A stretch of 56,941 bases of DNA, from NCBI GenBank assembly GCA_964404035.1, contig CAYOIT010000004.1, positions 1-56,941 on the forward strand. Direction: 5' to 3'. Under the pieces are notes generated by a model. The model saw nothing but the letters and a program-made list of their open reading frames with translations, made no database searches and was not told the DNA's origin. This stretch comes from an uncultured Verrucomicrobiota bacterium (GTDB lineage Bacteria; Verrucomicrobiota; Kiritimatiellia; CAIKKV01; CAITUY01). Positions within the stretch are counted from its first letter, which is position 1. Each line of letters starts with the position of its first letter. Shown here one piece after another: positions 26,283 through 36,106 of this stretch. The position numbers were made by a program, and so were the translations under genes.

Positions 26283-28581
26283 CCCCGGGGGTTGCCTCAG
26301 CCGTCTGTGCGGGAGCCTGGCGGGCGGCGTCGGCGTGGTCGAGGATATGACGCACGGTGTGTAACAGGATGGCGACCGGATAGGGTTTCTGAAGGAAGTG
26401 ATACCCCCGATCCTCGATCTTGTTCCAACGGGCGCGCTCATCGGCGTAGCCGCTGCTGAGCAGCACGGGCAGGCCCGGCTTCAACGTCAGCAACAGGTCG
26501 GCCAGTTCGATGCCGTTCTTGCCGGGAAGCACCACATCGCTGAACAGCAGCTCGATGCGCCCTTGCGCGCGGCTGAACAGCTCCCGCGCCTCCTTGGCCG
26601 ACTCGCAAGGCAGGACTTCGTAGCCATGCTTCCGGAGGACGACGGTGGCCATATTGCGCACCCCCGATTCGTCCTCGACGAGCAGAATACACTCGCCCTT
26701 TCCCTGCAGCGCCCGGGGCAGATCGTCGTTCGCCTGGGGTGGGTCGGCCGGAATCTCGGTGGTCCCGGTGCTCACAGGAAAATAGACCCGGAAGGTGGTT
26801 CCCTGATCGACCTGGCTGTAGACATTGATCCAACCGTTGTTCTGTTTGACGATGCCGTAGGTAACCGCCAACCCCAGCCCCGAGCCCTTGCCCAGTTCCT
26901 TGGTGGTGAAGAAGGGTTCAAAAAGATGCTGCAGCACCTCGCGGGGCATGCCCGTGCCGGTATCGGATACGGAGAGGCAGATGTACTCTCCCGGCCTGGC
27001 TTCAGGGATCACGCTGGTATCCACCGCCTGCAAGGTGACCTGGGTTGTGCTGAGGGTGAGTCGTCCGCCGTTCGGCATGGCATCACGGGCGTTGACGACC
27101 AGATTCATGATGATCTGTTCGATTTGTCCCGGATCGGCCTTGATGGGGGGAATACCCGGGGTGGGCACGGCGTCCAGGCGGATGTCTTCTCCCAACAGAC
27201 GGCGTAACATGGGCTCGGTATCGGCGATGAGGGTGTTCAGGTTGAGAATGCGGGGTTCGATCATCTGCTTCCGGCCAAAGGCAAGAAGCTGACGGGTCAG
27301 ATCCGCGGCGCGCGTGCCGGCCTTCTTGATCTGCAGCAGGTCTTTGTGCCGGGCATCCTTGGCGTCACTCTCCGCGAGTAGAAGTTCGGTGAAGCCCAGG
27401 ATGGCCTGCAGCAGATTGTTGAAATCATGCGCCACCCCGCCGGCGAGGCGGCCGATGGCCTCCATCTTGGCGGCCTGCTGAAGCTGCTGCTGCAATCCAA
27501 TGCTCAGGCTCTTCTCCTGCAGCAGGGCCAGTTCGGTCTCCTTTTGATCTTCCACCAAGCTGAGCAAGGCCTGGCGCGACAGTTCCGCCGTCTCCAGCAG
27601 ACGACGGGTTTCCGAAACGGCCGTCTGCAATCTCTCCTCCGACTGTTTCCGCGCTGTGATGTCCATCAGCGTGGACTGCCGGGACAAGCGTCCATCGGGG
27701 TGATAGATGGGGGTGTCGACCGTGTAATACCACCGCTGATCCAGCGGGCTCTGGAACTCTCCCCGCACCGTTTCCCCGGCCAACACCCTTTTGTTGACGC
27801 ACCAGGGGCAGACCGAGGGAAGGTTGTATAGCGCCTGGTGGCAGAGAAGGCCGACCGGATTTCCGCCCAGCCGGGTTATGAGCGGCTTGTTGGCAAACTC
27901 CAGCCTGTGGTCCGGGGAGCAGATGTAGACGTGTCCGTCGAAGGTGTCCACAATGGCCCGATAGCGCTCTTCGCTTTCGCGAAGGGCAAGGGCGTTCTGG
28001 TCGCGCCGCAGGCGCAGGACAAGCGTCCATCCACAGGCCAGAGTTGCCAAGGGGAAGATCGCCAGAACCGGGAGACCGACCTCGGCCAGTACCTGCCTCG
28101 CCGTTTTCGAGGGCAGCGTGAACATCAGTGCCAGCATCACCACATGAAGGACCACCCCTAACAGGTAGAGTTCATGCCACTTGATGTCGGAGAGGGGTTG
28201 CCGCCACCGAAGGTGGCGCCACGCGAGGCCGATGAACCCGGATGCCAGAATCACGCTTGTACCGGTCCAGGCGGCCGCCCCCCCCTGGAAGAGGCGGAGC
28301 AAGGCGGTCATCAGCATGGCGATCGCTGTCGGCACGGCGCCGAAGAATAACCCCGAGATTCCGAGTAACACGGACCGTGTATCGAAGTAGATTCCCGGCG
28401 CGAACTCCCAGGGCGTCAGCATGACGATGAGGCCGAGGGTGCCGACCAGGAATCCGCCGGAGGCCCTGCGAGGGGAAAGAGGCGAAGAAGCACGACGCGT
28501 GGTCGCCAGATCATAGAGAAGCCCCATGGCCACGAGCAGGGCGGCATTCTGAAGCAGCGGGACGAAAGGCGCCTCATGCAT
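26260..28581 (-). CDS. hybrid sensor histidine kinase (multi-TM LytS/5TMR-like sensor, PAS, HisKA, HATPase, receiver)
   Basis: About 6 N-terminal TM helices, a PAS domain, H-box (VAHDFNNLLQAI), HATPase boxes (NLVVNARDAM, DTGTGM, GKGSGLGL) and receiver (ILLVEDE...LLFSDVVLPG). Its start overlaps the upstream PAS gene (ATGCATGA). Confidence 0.85.
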   Translation of the reverse strand: MHEAPFVPLLQNAALLVAMGLLYDLATTRRASSPLSPRRASGGFLVGTLGLIVMLTPWEFAPGIYFDTRSVLLGISGLFFGAVPTAIAMLMTALLRLFQGGAAAWTGTSVILASGFIGLAWRHLRWRQPLSDIKWHELYLLGVVLHVVMLALMFTLPSKTARQVLAEVGLPVLAIFPLATLACGWTLVLRLRRDQNALALRESEERYRAIVDTFDGHVYICSPDHRLEFANKPLITRLGGNPVGLLCHQALYNLPSVCPWCVNKRVLAGETVRGEFQSPLDQRWYYTVDTPIYHPDGRLSRQSTLMDITARKQSEERLQTAVSETRRLLETAELSRQALLSLVEDQKETELALLQEKSLSIGLQQQLQQAAKMEAIGRLAGGVAHDFNNLLQAILGFTELLLAESDAKDARHKDLLQIKKAGTRAADLTRQLLAFGRKQMIEPRILNLNTLIADTEPMLRRLLGEDIRLDAVPTPGIPPIKADPGQIEQIIMNLVVNARDAMPNGGRLTLSTTQVTLQAVDTSVIPEARPGEYICLSVSDTGTGMPREVLQHLFEPFFTTKELGKGSGLGLAVTYGIVKQNNGWINVYSQVDQGTTFRVYFPVSTGTTEIPADPPQANDDLPRALQGKGECILLVEDESGVRNMATVVLRKHGYEVLPCESAKEARELFSRAQGRIELLFSDVVLPGKNGIELADLLLTLKPGLPVLLSSGYADERARWNKIEDRGYHFLQKPYPVAILLHTVRHILDHADAARQAPAQTAEATPGVMASAAP

Positions 28582-29695
28582 GCTGTGGGTCCTTCCCCTC
28601 CGGGCTGGTTTCGGCACTGCCATAGCGGGGAGGGCGGTTGGCCTTCGTCAGTAGCTCATTCACCTCGCGTTTGAGATCAAGGATGCGTTGTTCGCGTCCC
28701 AGCGTGATCTCGTGCCAGCGGCGCAATTCAGCAAGTTGATCGTTGAGGCGGACTTCCGCCCGCTTGAGATCGCTCAGGTCGATATCGAGGCAATACAGCT
28801 CCACGCCACGACCGGGAATGCTCATGACGCAGTGGCTGGAGAACACCGTGACGGTGGAGCCGTCTTTCCTTATGAGTTCCAACTGGCCGGCCGGTATTGG
28901 CTGGAGGGTTTCGACCATGTGTTGGATGGCGCCCCGGACGGCCGGCCTCATGGCGGGAGGAATGATCAGGGTCGTCAGGTGGCACCCCATGACTTCCTCG
29001 GCCGAATAGCCGTACAGGGTGGTGCTGGCTTCATTCCAGAAAATCACATCGCCATTCGCATCGTATCCTTGAACCGATATGGAGGGAACATCCCGCAGGA
29101 GGATCCGGAAACGCTCCTCGCTCATCCGCAGGGCTGCATCCAGATGTTCGCGTTCGGAGAGGTCGGTGAACGACACGAGCACGCAGGAGAGATCGGCAGG
29201 AAAGTCGGGGATGACCGTCATGGCCACGTACACGACACGGTTCTGTCCCGCCAGGTCACGGAGGGGCGCCTTGATTTCAAAGCGCAGTTTGCCGCCGGCC
29301 AGGGCGCTCAGGCAGGCCCGGAATACCGTCCATGACTCTTCCTGGAAATAGGTTGGCAGATGCGTGGAAATGTCCGACGGCGATGATGCTTTGAAGAAAT
29401 CCGCGCAGGCCTGGTTCACCCCGACGATTCGCGCCAGGTTCGCGCAGTCACGGACCTGGTCAGGGCAGCTTTCGAAGTGGGTTTGAAAATCCTGGACCCC
29501 GGCAGCGCGGGCGCGGTCAAAAAGGGGCTTGAGCGCGGAGATATCCACCACCCAGGTGGGCGCAGGCGAATGATTGAACAGATGCTGGAAGTAACCGGAC
29601 TGATCCGGCAAAGAAAACATTTTGCCGGGAAGATGGTCTCCCGTGAATGAACTCATAAGGGGGTAATTATCGCGAAGGACAGGGACGGAAGTCAA
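28574..29695 (-). CDS. stand-alone tandem-PAS signalling protein with C-terminal coiled-coil segment
   Basis: Two PAS-like modules (second: ERFRILLRDVPSISVQGYDANGDVIFWNEAST) and a C-terminal ITLGREQRILDLKREVNELL helix. No kinase or other output domain. Confidence 0.78.
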   Translation of the reverse strand: MTSVPVLRDNYPLMSSFTGDHLPGKMFSLPDQSGYFQHLFNHSPAPTWVVDISALKPLFDRARAAGVQDFQTHFESCPDQVRDCANLARIVGVNQACADFFKASSPSDISTHLPTYFQEESWTVFRACLSALAGGKLRFEIKAPLRDLAGQNRVVYVAMTVIPDFPADLSCVLVSFTDLSEREHLDAALRMSEERFRILLRDVPSISVQGYDANGDVIFWNEASTTLYGYSAEEVMGCHLTTLIIPPAMRPAVRGAIQHMVETLQPIPAGQLELIRKDGSTVTVFSSHCVMSIPGRGVELYCLDIDLSDLKRAEVRLNDQLAELRRWHEITLGREQRILDLKREVNELLTKANRPPRYGSAETSPEGKDPQHA

Positions 29696-29816
29696 GGATC
29701 AAGCCCCCTGCACTTTTCCCGGTTTCCTCATTTCTCCATCAGTGGTGCTCTGGTAGCCTGACAAGGCGGCTCGCGGGAGCCTCGCCCTCCAGGGGTGCCG
29801 GTCCGGGCGCTACCGG

Positions 29817-30668
29817 CTATTTCTGCATGATTGAGGTCTTGCTGGGGCTGCTGCGGCCTTCGAGCTGGGGAGGACGGTTCTCCAGGGCGGCCCGCGAAAT
29901 CTCAATGTCTTCGGCCGCCTCATCGGGGGTCAGGCAACCGACGGTCACCATGTCGATGGGGCGGATGGTGTGCCAGGCGAACGTCAACCCCACGAACGGC
30001 GTCACCCGGCCCGCCGCCATGGGCTTGATCGTCATCACCGGCTTCTTCGCGCCCCAGATGACCTTGTGGATGTATTCGACCTCCACCTGCATGAGAAAGC
30101 CCATGCAGTTGAAAATCTGGATGTAGGTTTCGACGTCGTAGCCGTTCAGGTCGGAGTAGACGACGAGTTCCGGCATGTGGGCTGACAGTCCCGGGATCAT
30201 TCCCTGGTCACGGATCATCTTTAGATAATCCGGCAACCGGTCCATGGTCTGCTTGTTCTTGTTGACGAGCTGCTCGGTAGAGGAGTGATGCGGAAAGCAG
30301 AAGGTGGCACCGTTCTTGCGGCTTTGGGCGATCATCTTCTCGGCTTCCTTCCGGGCCGTGGCGTTGTCATCCATGTTCAGCGCCGGCGTGTCGATGAGGA
30401 TCAGCTTCCGGCCGGTCCGGTCTTCGGCCATCTTGATGGCTTCGAGCATATGCTGCTGGCCGACGAAGATCCCCATCAGGGAGTCGACCCCGGCGCGGAG
30501 GAACACTTCCAGCAAATCGGCCACGGCTTCGGCGGATCCGTTACGGCGCTTGATCAGGCTGTCGGCGGCTGCACCGGTATGGCTCCAGCCGAGGATCCAG
30601 TTGGTGCCGATAATCATCCTCGAGAGTGAAACCCCACCCACCGTGGTACGCGGAAACGTCGTGGTCAT
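29817..30668 (-). CDS. conserved hypothetical protein (function unknown)
   Basis: 283-aa ORF with high GC3. The N-terminus faintly resembles aldo/keto-reductase starts (TVGGVSLSRMIIGTNW). No confident family. Confidence 0.6.
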   Translation of the reverse strand: MTTTFPRTTVGGVSLSRMIIGTNWILGWSHTGAAADSLIKRRNGSAEAVADLLEVFLRAGVDSLMGIFVGQQHMLEAIKMAEDRTGRKLILIDTPALNMDDNATARKEAEKMIAQSRKNGATFCFPHHSSTEQLVNKNKQTMDRLPDYLKMIRDQGMIPGLSAHMPELVVYSDLNGYDVETYIQIFNCMGFLMQVEVEYIHKVIWGAKKPVMTIKPMAAGRVTPFVGLTFAWHTIRPIDMVTVGCLTPDEAAEDIEISRAALENRPPQLEGRSSPSKTSIMQK

Positions 30669-30814
30669 AACGAAATCCCTTTCTGTAATGGACTAATAGG
30701 GTACCGAACTCCCGGTTGAGCGCAAGCGGGAATTGCGGCAGGCATATCGCCCTTGTCTCGCTGCTCGCCGGCAAGTATTCTCCACTCCCAACCAATTGAA
30801 AGGAGTCGTGGGCT

Positions 30815-32260
30815 ATGGGTAAGGTGATTTTGAACCGGGCCGATCTCCGGAATCGGATCCATGGGTGCTGGATGGGGAAGAGCATCGGCGGGACGCTGGG
30901 GACCCCCTTCGAGGGGCGCCGCGAAATCCAGAACGTCACCGGTTACACGCATCCCCGCGGGGAGCCGCTGCCGAATGACGATCTCGACCTGCAACTCGTC
31001 TGGCTGATGGCCTTTCAGAACCGCGGTCCCAAGGGGATCAACAGCCAGGTCCTGGGCGAATACTGGCTGAACTTCATCCCGCCGCACTGGAATGAGTACG
31101 GCATCAACAAAGCCAACCAGCGGGCCGGCCTGTTGCCGCCCCTTTCAGGGCAATACCGCAATGAACGCTGGAAACATTCCAACGGGGCCTGGATTCGGTC
31201 CGAAATCTGGGCCTGCCTGGCGCCGGGCTGTCCCGATGTCGCCCTGCGGTTCGCCTACGAGGATGCCTCCGTGGACCATGGTGGCGGCGAAGGGACCTTT
31301 GCGGAGCTTTTCACGGCCGCGGTCGAAAGTGCGGCGTTTGTCGAACGTGACCGCGATGCCCTGATCCGCATCGGTCTCTCCAAAATCCCGCCGGACTGCC
31401 GCGTGGCGCGCAGCATCGGGATCGTGCTCGAGGCTTACAAGAAGGGCTTGTCCTGGCAGGAGGCGCGGGAAAAGGTGGTGGCGGACAGTGCCGATCTCGG
31501 CTGGTTCCAGGCCCCGGCCAATGTGGCGTTCGTGATTGTCGGGTGGTTGTATGGTGAAGGCGACTTCGGCAAGTCGATCTGCACCGCCGTCAACTGCGGC
31601 GACGATACCGACTGCACCGGCGCCACGCTGGGGTCCATCCTCGGCATCCTCATGGGGCTGGACGGGATTCCCAAGGAATGGATTGAGCCCATTGGCGAAC
31701 GGATTGTGACCATCGCCATCGATCGCGGCTCCATGTGGGGCCGTCTGCCGAACGATGTCAGTGTCCTGACCGACATGGTGATGAGCCAGGTGCCGGTCAT
31801 GATGGGGTCGTTCCCCGGCGGCGTGGAGATCGCCGATAAGCCGACGGACCTATCGGGCGTGCCCGACCTGAAACTGGACGACAACGGGACGGCCCGGAGC
31901 CTGTGGAGCCGGTCACCCTATGCGGTCACCTTCGATTTTGTGCATACGCGCGTGGAGGTGGATTATCAGCGTGATCCGGATATCGCCGCCGGCAAGCCGT
32001 TCCCGATGACCGTCACGCTTTACAACCAGATGCCTGACATCCGGCACATGGATTTGATCTGGCATCTGCCCCAGGGGTGGGCGGTGACGCCGTCTGAGGC
32101 GAGTCATGTGGTGTTGGACCACTGGCCGCCCGAGCGCAAGGTTACGGTCGAGATCACGGCCAACCGTGTCGACAAAGGCGTCAATCGCGGCATCCTGGAG
32201 ATCGTGGCGCCGGGCCGGCCCACGGTGGGCCTGATTCCCCTGGTCTTCATGAGCGCGTGA
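30815..32260 (+). CDS. ADP-ribosylglycohydrolase family protein with C-terminal extension
   Basis: Family N-terminal motif (IHGCWMGKSIGGTLGTPFEG), NDDLDLQ, and the late metal-binding motif (CGDDTDCTGATLGSILG). AAAGGAG RBS. Confidence 0.85.
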   Translation: MGKVILNRADLRNRIHGCWMGKSIGGTLGTPFEGRREIQNVTGYTHPRGEPLPNDDLDLQLVWLMAFQNRGPKGINSQVLGEYWLNFIPPHWNEYGINKANQRAGLLPPLSGQYRNERWKHSNGAWIRSEIWACLAPGCPDVALRFAYEDASVDHGGGEGTFAELFTAAVESAAFVERDRDALIRIGLSKIPPDCRVARSIGIVLEAYKKGLSWQEAREKVVADSADLGWFQAPANVAFVIVGWLYGEGDFGKSICTAVNCGDDTDCTGATLGSILGILMGLDGIPKEWIEPIGERIVTIAIDRGSMWGRLPNDVSVLTDMVMSQVPVMMGSFPGGVEIADKPTDLSGVPDLKLDDNGTARSLWSRSPYAVTFDFVHTRVEVDYQRDPDIAAGKPFPMTVTLYNQMPDIRHMDLIWHLPQGWAVTPSEASHVVLDHWPPERKVTVEITANRVDKGVNRGILEIVAPGRPTVGLIPLVFMSA

Positions 32261-33957
32261 TCGTCATGAATTCAGTCCAAGGCTATGACCGCTGGCAGGC
32301 CTTTTTCGAGGGCCCGGAGACTGTGGAGTCCGTTGTCCTCACGGGGCCTGATGGGCGGCAGCATCGCCGCCCCGTGTTTCAGCATCAGCCCACGTCCTTC
32401 TCCTATGACGACCGCGGGTACGAAACCATCACCCCCATAGGGTTGCCAGTCCGTGCCGTGCGATTCACCCCGGATCGGGCCGGGGAGTGGCGGTATGCAT
32501 GGAAGCAGGGCGACAGCACCGTGGCCGAAGGGCGCTTCGACTGTGTTGACAGCGCCCATCCTGGCTTTATCGGCATCAGCCGCCACGATTCGCGCTACTT
32601 CGCGTTCACGAATGGGGCGCCCTATGTGGCCATCGGCCTGAACCTCTGCTGGCCCGCCCTGTTTGCCCTGAGCAGCGGGAAGGAGTTCCAGACCAGCGGC
32701 CGGCATGGCACACTCGGCGCCCGCGAGTTCGAGCGCTGGTTCCGCTCGCTGGCGGAGAATGGCGGAAACTTCGCGAGGTTGTGGCTGGGCATGCACTATC
32801 TCCAACCGGAGGGAAAGGTGGCGGGCGAACTCGATCTGCTGCGCTTCGCCGCCATCGACCGCGTTGTGGAACTGGCCCGGCAGCACGGCATCCGGCTCAA
32901 GTTGTGCCTGGAGTACTTCCGGACCTTCGAGCCTGGCACCGGGCAGTCGCGTGTGCTGCAGCATCCGGTGGACGGTCGTTCGCCGGCGAACATGGACGAG
33001 TGGTTCCAGTCGCCGGACTGGCAGGGGCTCTGGAAGCGCAAAGTCGACGCGTTGATCGCCCGCTATGGCGACGATCCGGTGGTCATGGCCTGGGAACTCT
33101 GGAACGAGATTGACTGCTGCGCCACGAGCGCCTTCAGTGTGCAGGAAGCGTGGACCAAGCATTGGCTAAGCGAGATCAAGGGCGCCTCGCCGCGCAATCT
33201 GGTCACCAATTCCCTCGGCAGTTTCGACTGGGAGGGCAAGCAGGCTCTCCAAGACTCCTTCAAGATGGAGGAAATGGATTTTCAGCAGGTCCACCGTTAT
33301 CTCGACCAGGGAGCCGGCCTGGAGTGCTGCCGCACCGATCCCGTGGCCTTCTCCGTCGAGGCCGTTGTGCGGAGCCGCCGTCCGGACCGCCCCGTGCTCC
33401 TGGCCGAAACCGGCGCCGTCAACGACGGCCATTCCGGGCCCTTCCGGTTTTACCGCTCCGATCATGACGGCCTGGTGTTTCACGATACCACCTATCCGGC
33501 CTTCTTTGCGGGGGCGGCGGGCAGCGGCCACATCTGGCACTGGGATGTGTATGTGGATCAGAAGAACCTCTGGAAAGGGTTTCGCGCGCTCGCCGGTGCG
33601 CTGGACGGTGTCGCGGTTGACCGGGAGGACTTCATTCCCAAGGATCTTTCAACGGAGGACTACTGGTGCCTGGTGCTTCAGGGCCGCACCTGTACCCTGG
33701 GTTGGCTGCGCCATCGTGCCGACCGGTGGGATCGCATCCTGCGCGATGGCGAAACGATCTCGCCGGTCACCACGGCGCAGCTTGATCCGGCTACTCTGGG
33801 CCTTAAGGTTTCGGCGGTGCAGTTGTTCCAGCCTTGGGGCGGGGATGAGGCCGGCACGCCCAGCCGCCGTGGGTCGGTCATCCGATTCCCCGCATTCCGG
33901 CACGGATTGGTGTTCCGGCTTCAGCACGACTCTGGCATCACCCGGGGAGGTGTATGA
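32257..33957 (+). CDS. clan GH-A (GH5-like) glycoside hydrolase with N-terminal beta-sandwich domain
   Basis: Catalytic acid/base motif VMAWELWNE and a later LLAETG nucleophile-like motif. Start is GTG 32257, overlapping the upstream stop, or alternatively ATG 32266. Confidence 0.7.
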   Translation: MIVMNSVQGYDRWQAFFEGPETVESVVLTGPDGRQHRRPVFQHQPTSFSYDDRGYETITPIGLPVRAVRFTPDRAGEWRYAWKQGDSTVAEGRFDCVDSAHPGFIGISRHDSRYFAFTNGAPYVAIGLNLCWPALFALSSGKEFQTSGRHGTLGAREFERWFRSLAENGGNFARLWLGMHYLQPEGKVAGELDLLRFAAIDRVVELARQHGIRLKLCLEYFRTFEPGTGQSRVLQHPVDGRSPANMDEWFQSPDWQGLWKRKVDALIARYGDDPVVMAWELWNEIDCCATSAFSVQEAWTKHWLSEIKGASPRNLVTNSLGSFDWEGKQALQDSFKMEEMDFQQVHRYLDQGAGLECCRTDPVAFSVEAVVRSRRPDRPVLLAETGAVNDGHSGPFRFYRSDHDGLVFHDTTYPAFFAGAAGSGHIWHWDVYVDQKNLWKGFRALAGALDGVAVDREDFIPKDLSTEDYWCLVLQGRTCTLGWLRHRADRWDRILRDGETISPVTTAQLDPATLGLKVSAVQLFQPWGGDEAGTPSRRGSVIRFPAFRHGLVFRLQHDSGITRGGV

Positions 33958-35243
33958 AAACCATGGATTACGACATCATTGTGGCCGGCGGCGGGACAGC
34001 CGGATCGGCGGCGGCGGTGGCGGCGGCACGACGGGGACACCGCGTGCTGCTGGTCGAAGAGCAGAACTGTCTGGGTGGTATCTCCACGTCCGGTGCGGTC
34101 GGGGAGTGGTTCGCCTCGCTGAAGGGGATGGGTGACATCTTCGATGCTATTATTCGCGAGATGGACCGCTTCGGTGTTCGCTATCAGCAGGCGAGATTCT
34201 TCAATCCCGAATATCTCAAACTGGTCTGGCAGCTCCTGGCCGAGCAGGCCGGTGTGGAGCTTCTGTTTCACGCCTCGGTGTGCGGTGTTCGGAAAGAGGC
34301 CGGCGCGCTGGCGGACGTCAGCCTCATCGGCTCGTCGCAGTCCCTGTCCGCCCATGCGAAGTACTTCATTGATGCCACAGGGGAGGGTGATCTTTGTGCC
34401 CTGGCCGGCGCGCCGTTCATGCAGGGAGATCCCGGGAGCGGGCGCGTTCTGCACATGACCCTGGCGGCGTGGATGTACGACACCGGCAAGCCGCAGACGC
34501 CCTATCTTCCCGAGGGGCTCACGCCCATTCGAAGCCAGGCGGAGTTGCCTGGATTGGGGACGGGATATCGGGTCGACAACCATCGCCTTTATATGAACGC
34601 CACGAAGGTCATGGATCACGACCCGACCGATCCGTTCAGCCTGAGCAAGGCCGAGTGTGAAGCCCGACGCCAACTCGTCCGTATCGCGCACTATTTGCAA
34701 AGCCACGGGTTCCCCACTTATGTCCTGGCCGCCAGCGGCGCCAAGATCGGTATTCGCGAGGGGCGCCGCATTGTGGGGGATTACGTGCTCACGCTGGATA
34801 AGGTCATGAACGGCTCCGAACCCGTGGTGTTCGACGACGGGATTGCCGTGGCCACCTGCCAGATCGATTTCCACAGCCTCACGAAACCGGGCGATTCCGG
34901 CTGGCGCCAACGGCTTGAGCCCTACAACATTCCGTTCCGATGTCTGGTGGCGAAGGGCTTTCCCAACCTCATGATGGCGGGCAAGTGCATCAGCGCGGAT
35001 CAGGTGGTCCACAGCAGTTGCCGCATGACGCCCACCTGTTGTGCCATGGGGCAGGCGGCCGGTACGGCGGCGGCGATGGCGGTCGAAAGGCAGCTGGGCG
35101 ATGTGCGCGCGGTGCCCCTCTCCGAACTCCGCGCGACGCTGTCCGCCGACGGCCTCGAACTCGATCCCCGGCGCCACGAGGCGTTTGCTCCCCATAGCAC
35201 CAGGTTGGACAAGGATGATCCCGTTTCCAGTTATGAAGGCTAA
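33954..35243 (+). CDS. FAD-dependent oxidoreductase (FAD_oxidored/GIDA-like family)
   Basis: Dinucleotide-binding motif DIIVAGGGTAGSAAAVAAAR...LLVEE. ATGA overlap with the GH5-like gene. Confidence 0.85.
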   Translation: MKTMDYDIIVAGGGTAGSAAAVAAARRGHRVLLVEEQNCLGGISTSGAVGEWFASLKGMGDIFDAIIREMDRFGVRYQQARFFNPEYLKLVWQLLAEQAGVELLFHASVCGVRKEAGALADVSLIGSSQSLSAHAKYFIDATGEGDLCALAGAPFMQGDPGSGRVLHMTLAAWMYDTGKPQTPYLPEGLTPIRSQAELPGLGTGYRVDNHRLYMNATKVMDHDPTDPFSLSKAECEARRQLVRIAHYLQSHGFPTYVLAASGAKIGIREGRRIVGDYVLTLDKVMNGSEPVVFDDGIAVATCQIDFHSLTKPGDSGWRQRLEPYNIPFRCLVAKGFPNLMMAGKCISADQVVHSSCRMTPTCCAMGQAAGTAAAMAVERQLGDVRAVPLSELRATLSADGLELDPRRHEAFAPHSTRLDKDDPVSSYEG

Positions 35244-35249
35244 TCTGAG

Positions 35250-35840
35250 ATGAAGACAACTCATGCACTCCTGCTGATCGTCGTGGCAAGCGCGATCATG
35301 GGGCTCGGGATCTGGGTCGGGCGACATGCTGGCAAGACGCCGGCTGAACTCACCGAGTCTGTCGTTGTGGAGAAGGTCCGACAGATCGCCAAACTGGCAA
35401 CCATCGAGCATTACATCGCCGACATTGTGACCTTTGACGAACCGAGTCCGTGGCCCATCTTCGGACAGGATGCGAAAGCGCTTGTCATTGCCCGGGGCAA
35501 AGTGTTGGCGGGATTCGACCTGAAGAAACCCATCTCCTGTCGGATGCAATTCTCGGGAACAAATACCACTGTGGAACTCCGTCTGCCGAAACCGGAGATC
35601 ATTGCTGTTGACCCAACCTATCAGTATTACGACCTCAAGAACCTAACCAAGGAACAGAACGAATGGTTGCTTCTCAAGGCCAAGCGAACCATGGTTTCCG
35701 CAGCACGGAAAGCAGGCGTATTTGAGGATGCCGAGCGTAGCCTCGCCCTGTTCCTGAGCGGGCTCTTCCCGAGTGTTCGTTTTCGCATTACCTTCGGTGA
35801 CACGCCCTACACGGGTCCCTCATCCCTTGAGGAGTTATGA
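35250..35840 (+). CDS. DUF4230-like membrane-anchored protein
   Basis: N-terminal TM helix, then VVEKVRQIAKLATIEHYIADIV...ALVIARGKVLAGFDL. The pattern is recalled from DUF4230. Confidence 0.65.
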   Translation: MKTTHALLLIVVASAIMGLGIWVGRHAGKTPAELTESVVVEKVRQIAKLATIEHYIADIVTFDEPSPWPIFGQDAKALVIARGKVLAGFDLKKPISCRMQFSGTNTTVELRLPKPEIIAVDPTYQYYDLKNLTKEQNEWLLLKAKRTMVSAARKAGVFEDAERSLALFLSGLFPSVRFRITFGDTPYTGPSSLEEL

Positions 35841-36106
35841 CCATGAACAAAAGATCACCGAGCGAATCAGAAAAGAAGATATGGTTTCCTGCCAAGACTT
35901 ACGGATTCGGTTGGGGGACACCCACCTGTTGGCAGGGTTGGGCTGTGCTTGCCGTCTATCTCGGACTGATTTGTGCGGGAACGGTATTTCTGGGGAAAGT
36001 GGGATCGCCTGATCTCTTCATCGCCTATATTGCGCTCCTGTCCGGCGCGCTGGTCTTCGTGTGCTGGCTCAAAGGGGAGAAACCGGGTTGGCGATGGAAG
36101 AAATAG
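35837..36106 (+). CDS. small membrane protein (2 TM helices)
   Basis: ATGA overlap with the upstream gene. Two hydrophobic helices. No family recognised. Confidence 0.5.
   Translation: MTMNKRSPSESEKKIWFPAKTYGFGWGTPTCWQGWAVLAVYLGLICAGTVFLGKVGSPDLFIAYIALLSGALVFVCWLKGEKPGWRWKK

Noticed and set aside
28278-28285. Homopolymer C8/G8 tracts read as slipped-strand phase-variation switches. One lies here in the hybrid kinase gene, and a C8 tract lies at 5101..5108 in the ftsK linker.
   Set aside because: They encode Gly-Gly-Ala and poly-Pro segments inside intact ORFs, one of which is an essential gene. Runs of this length are expected by chance in GC-rich Pro- or Gly-coding sequence. No evidence of frame variants.
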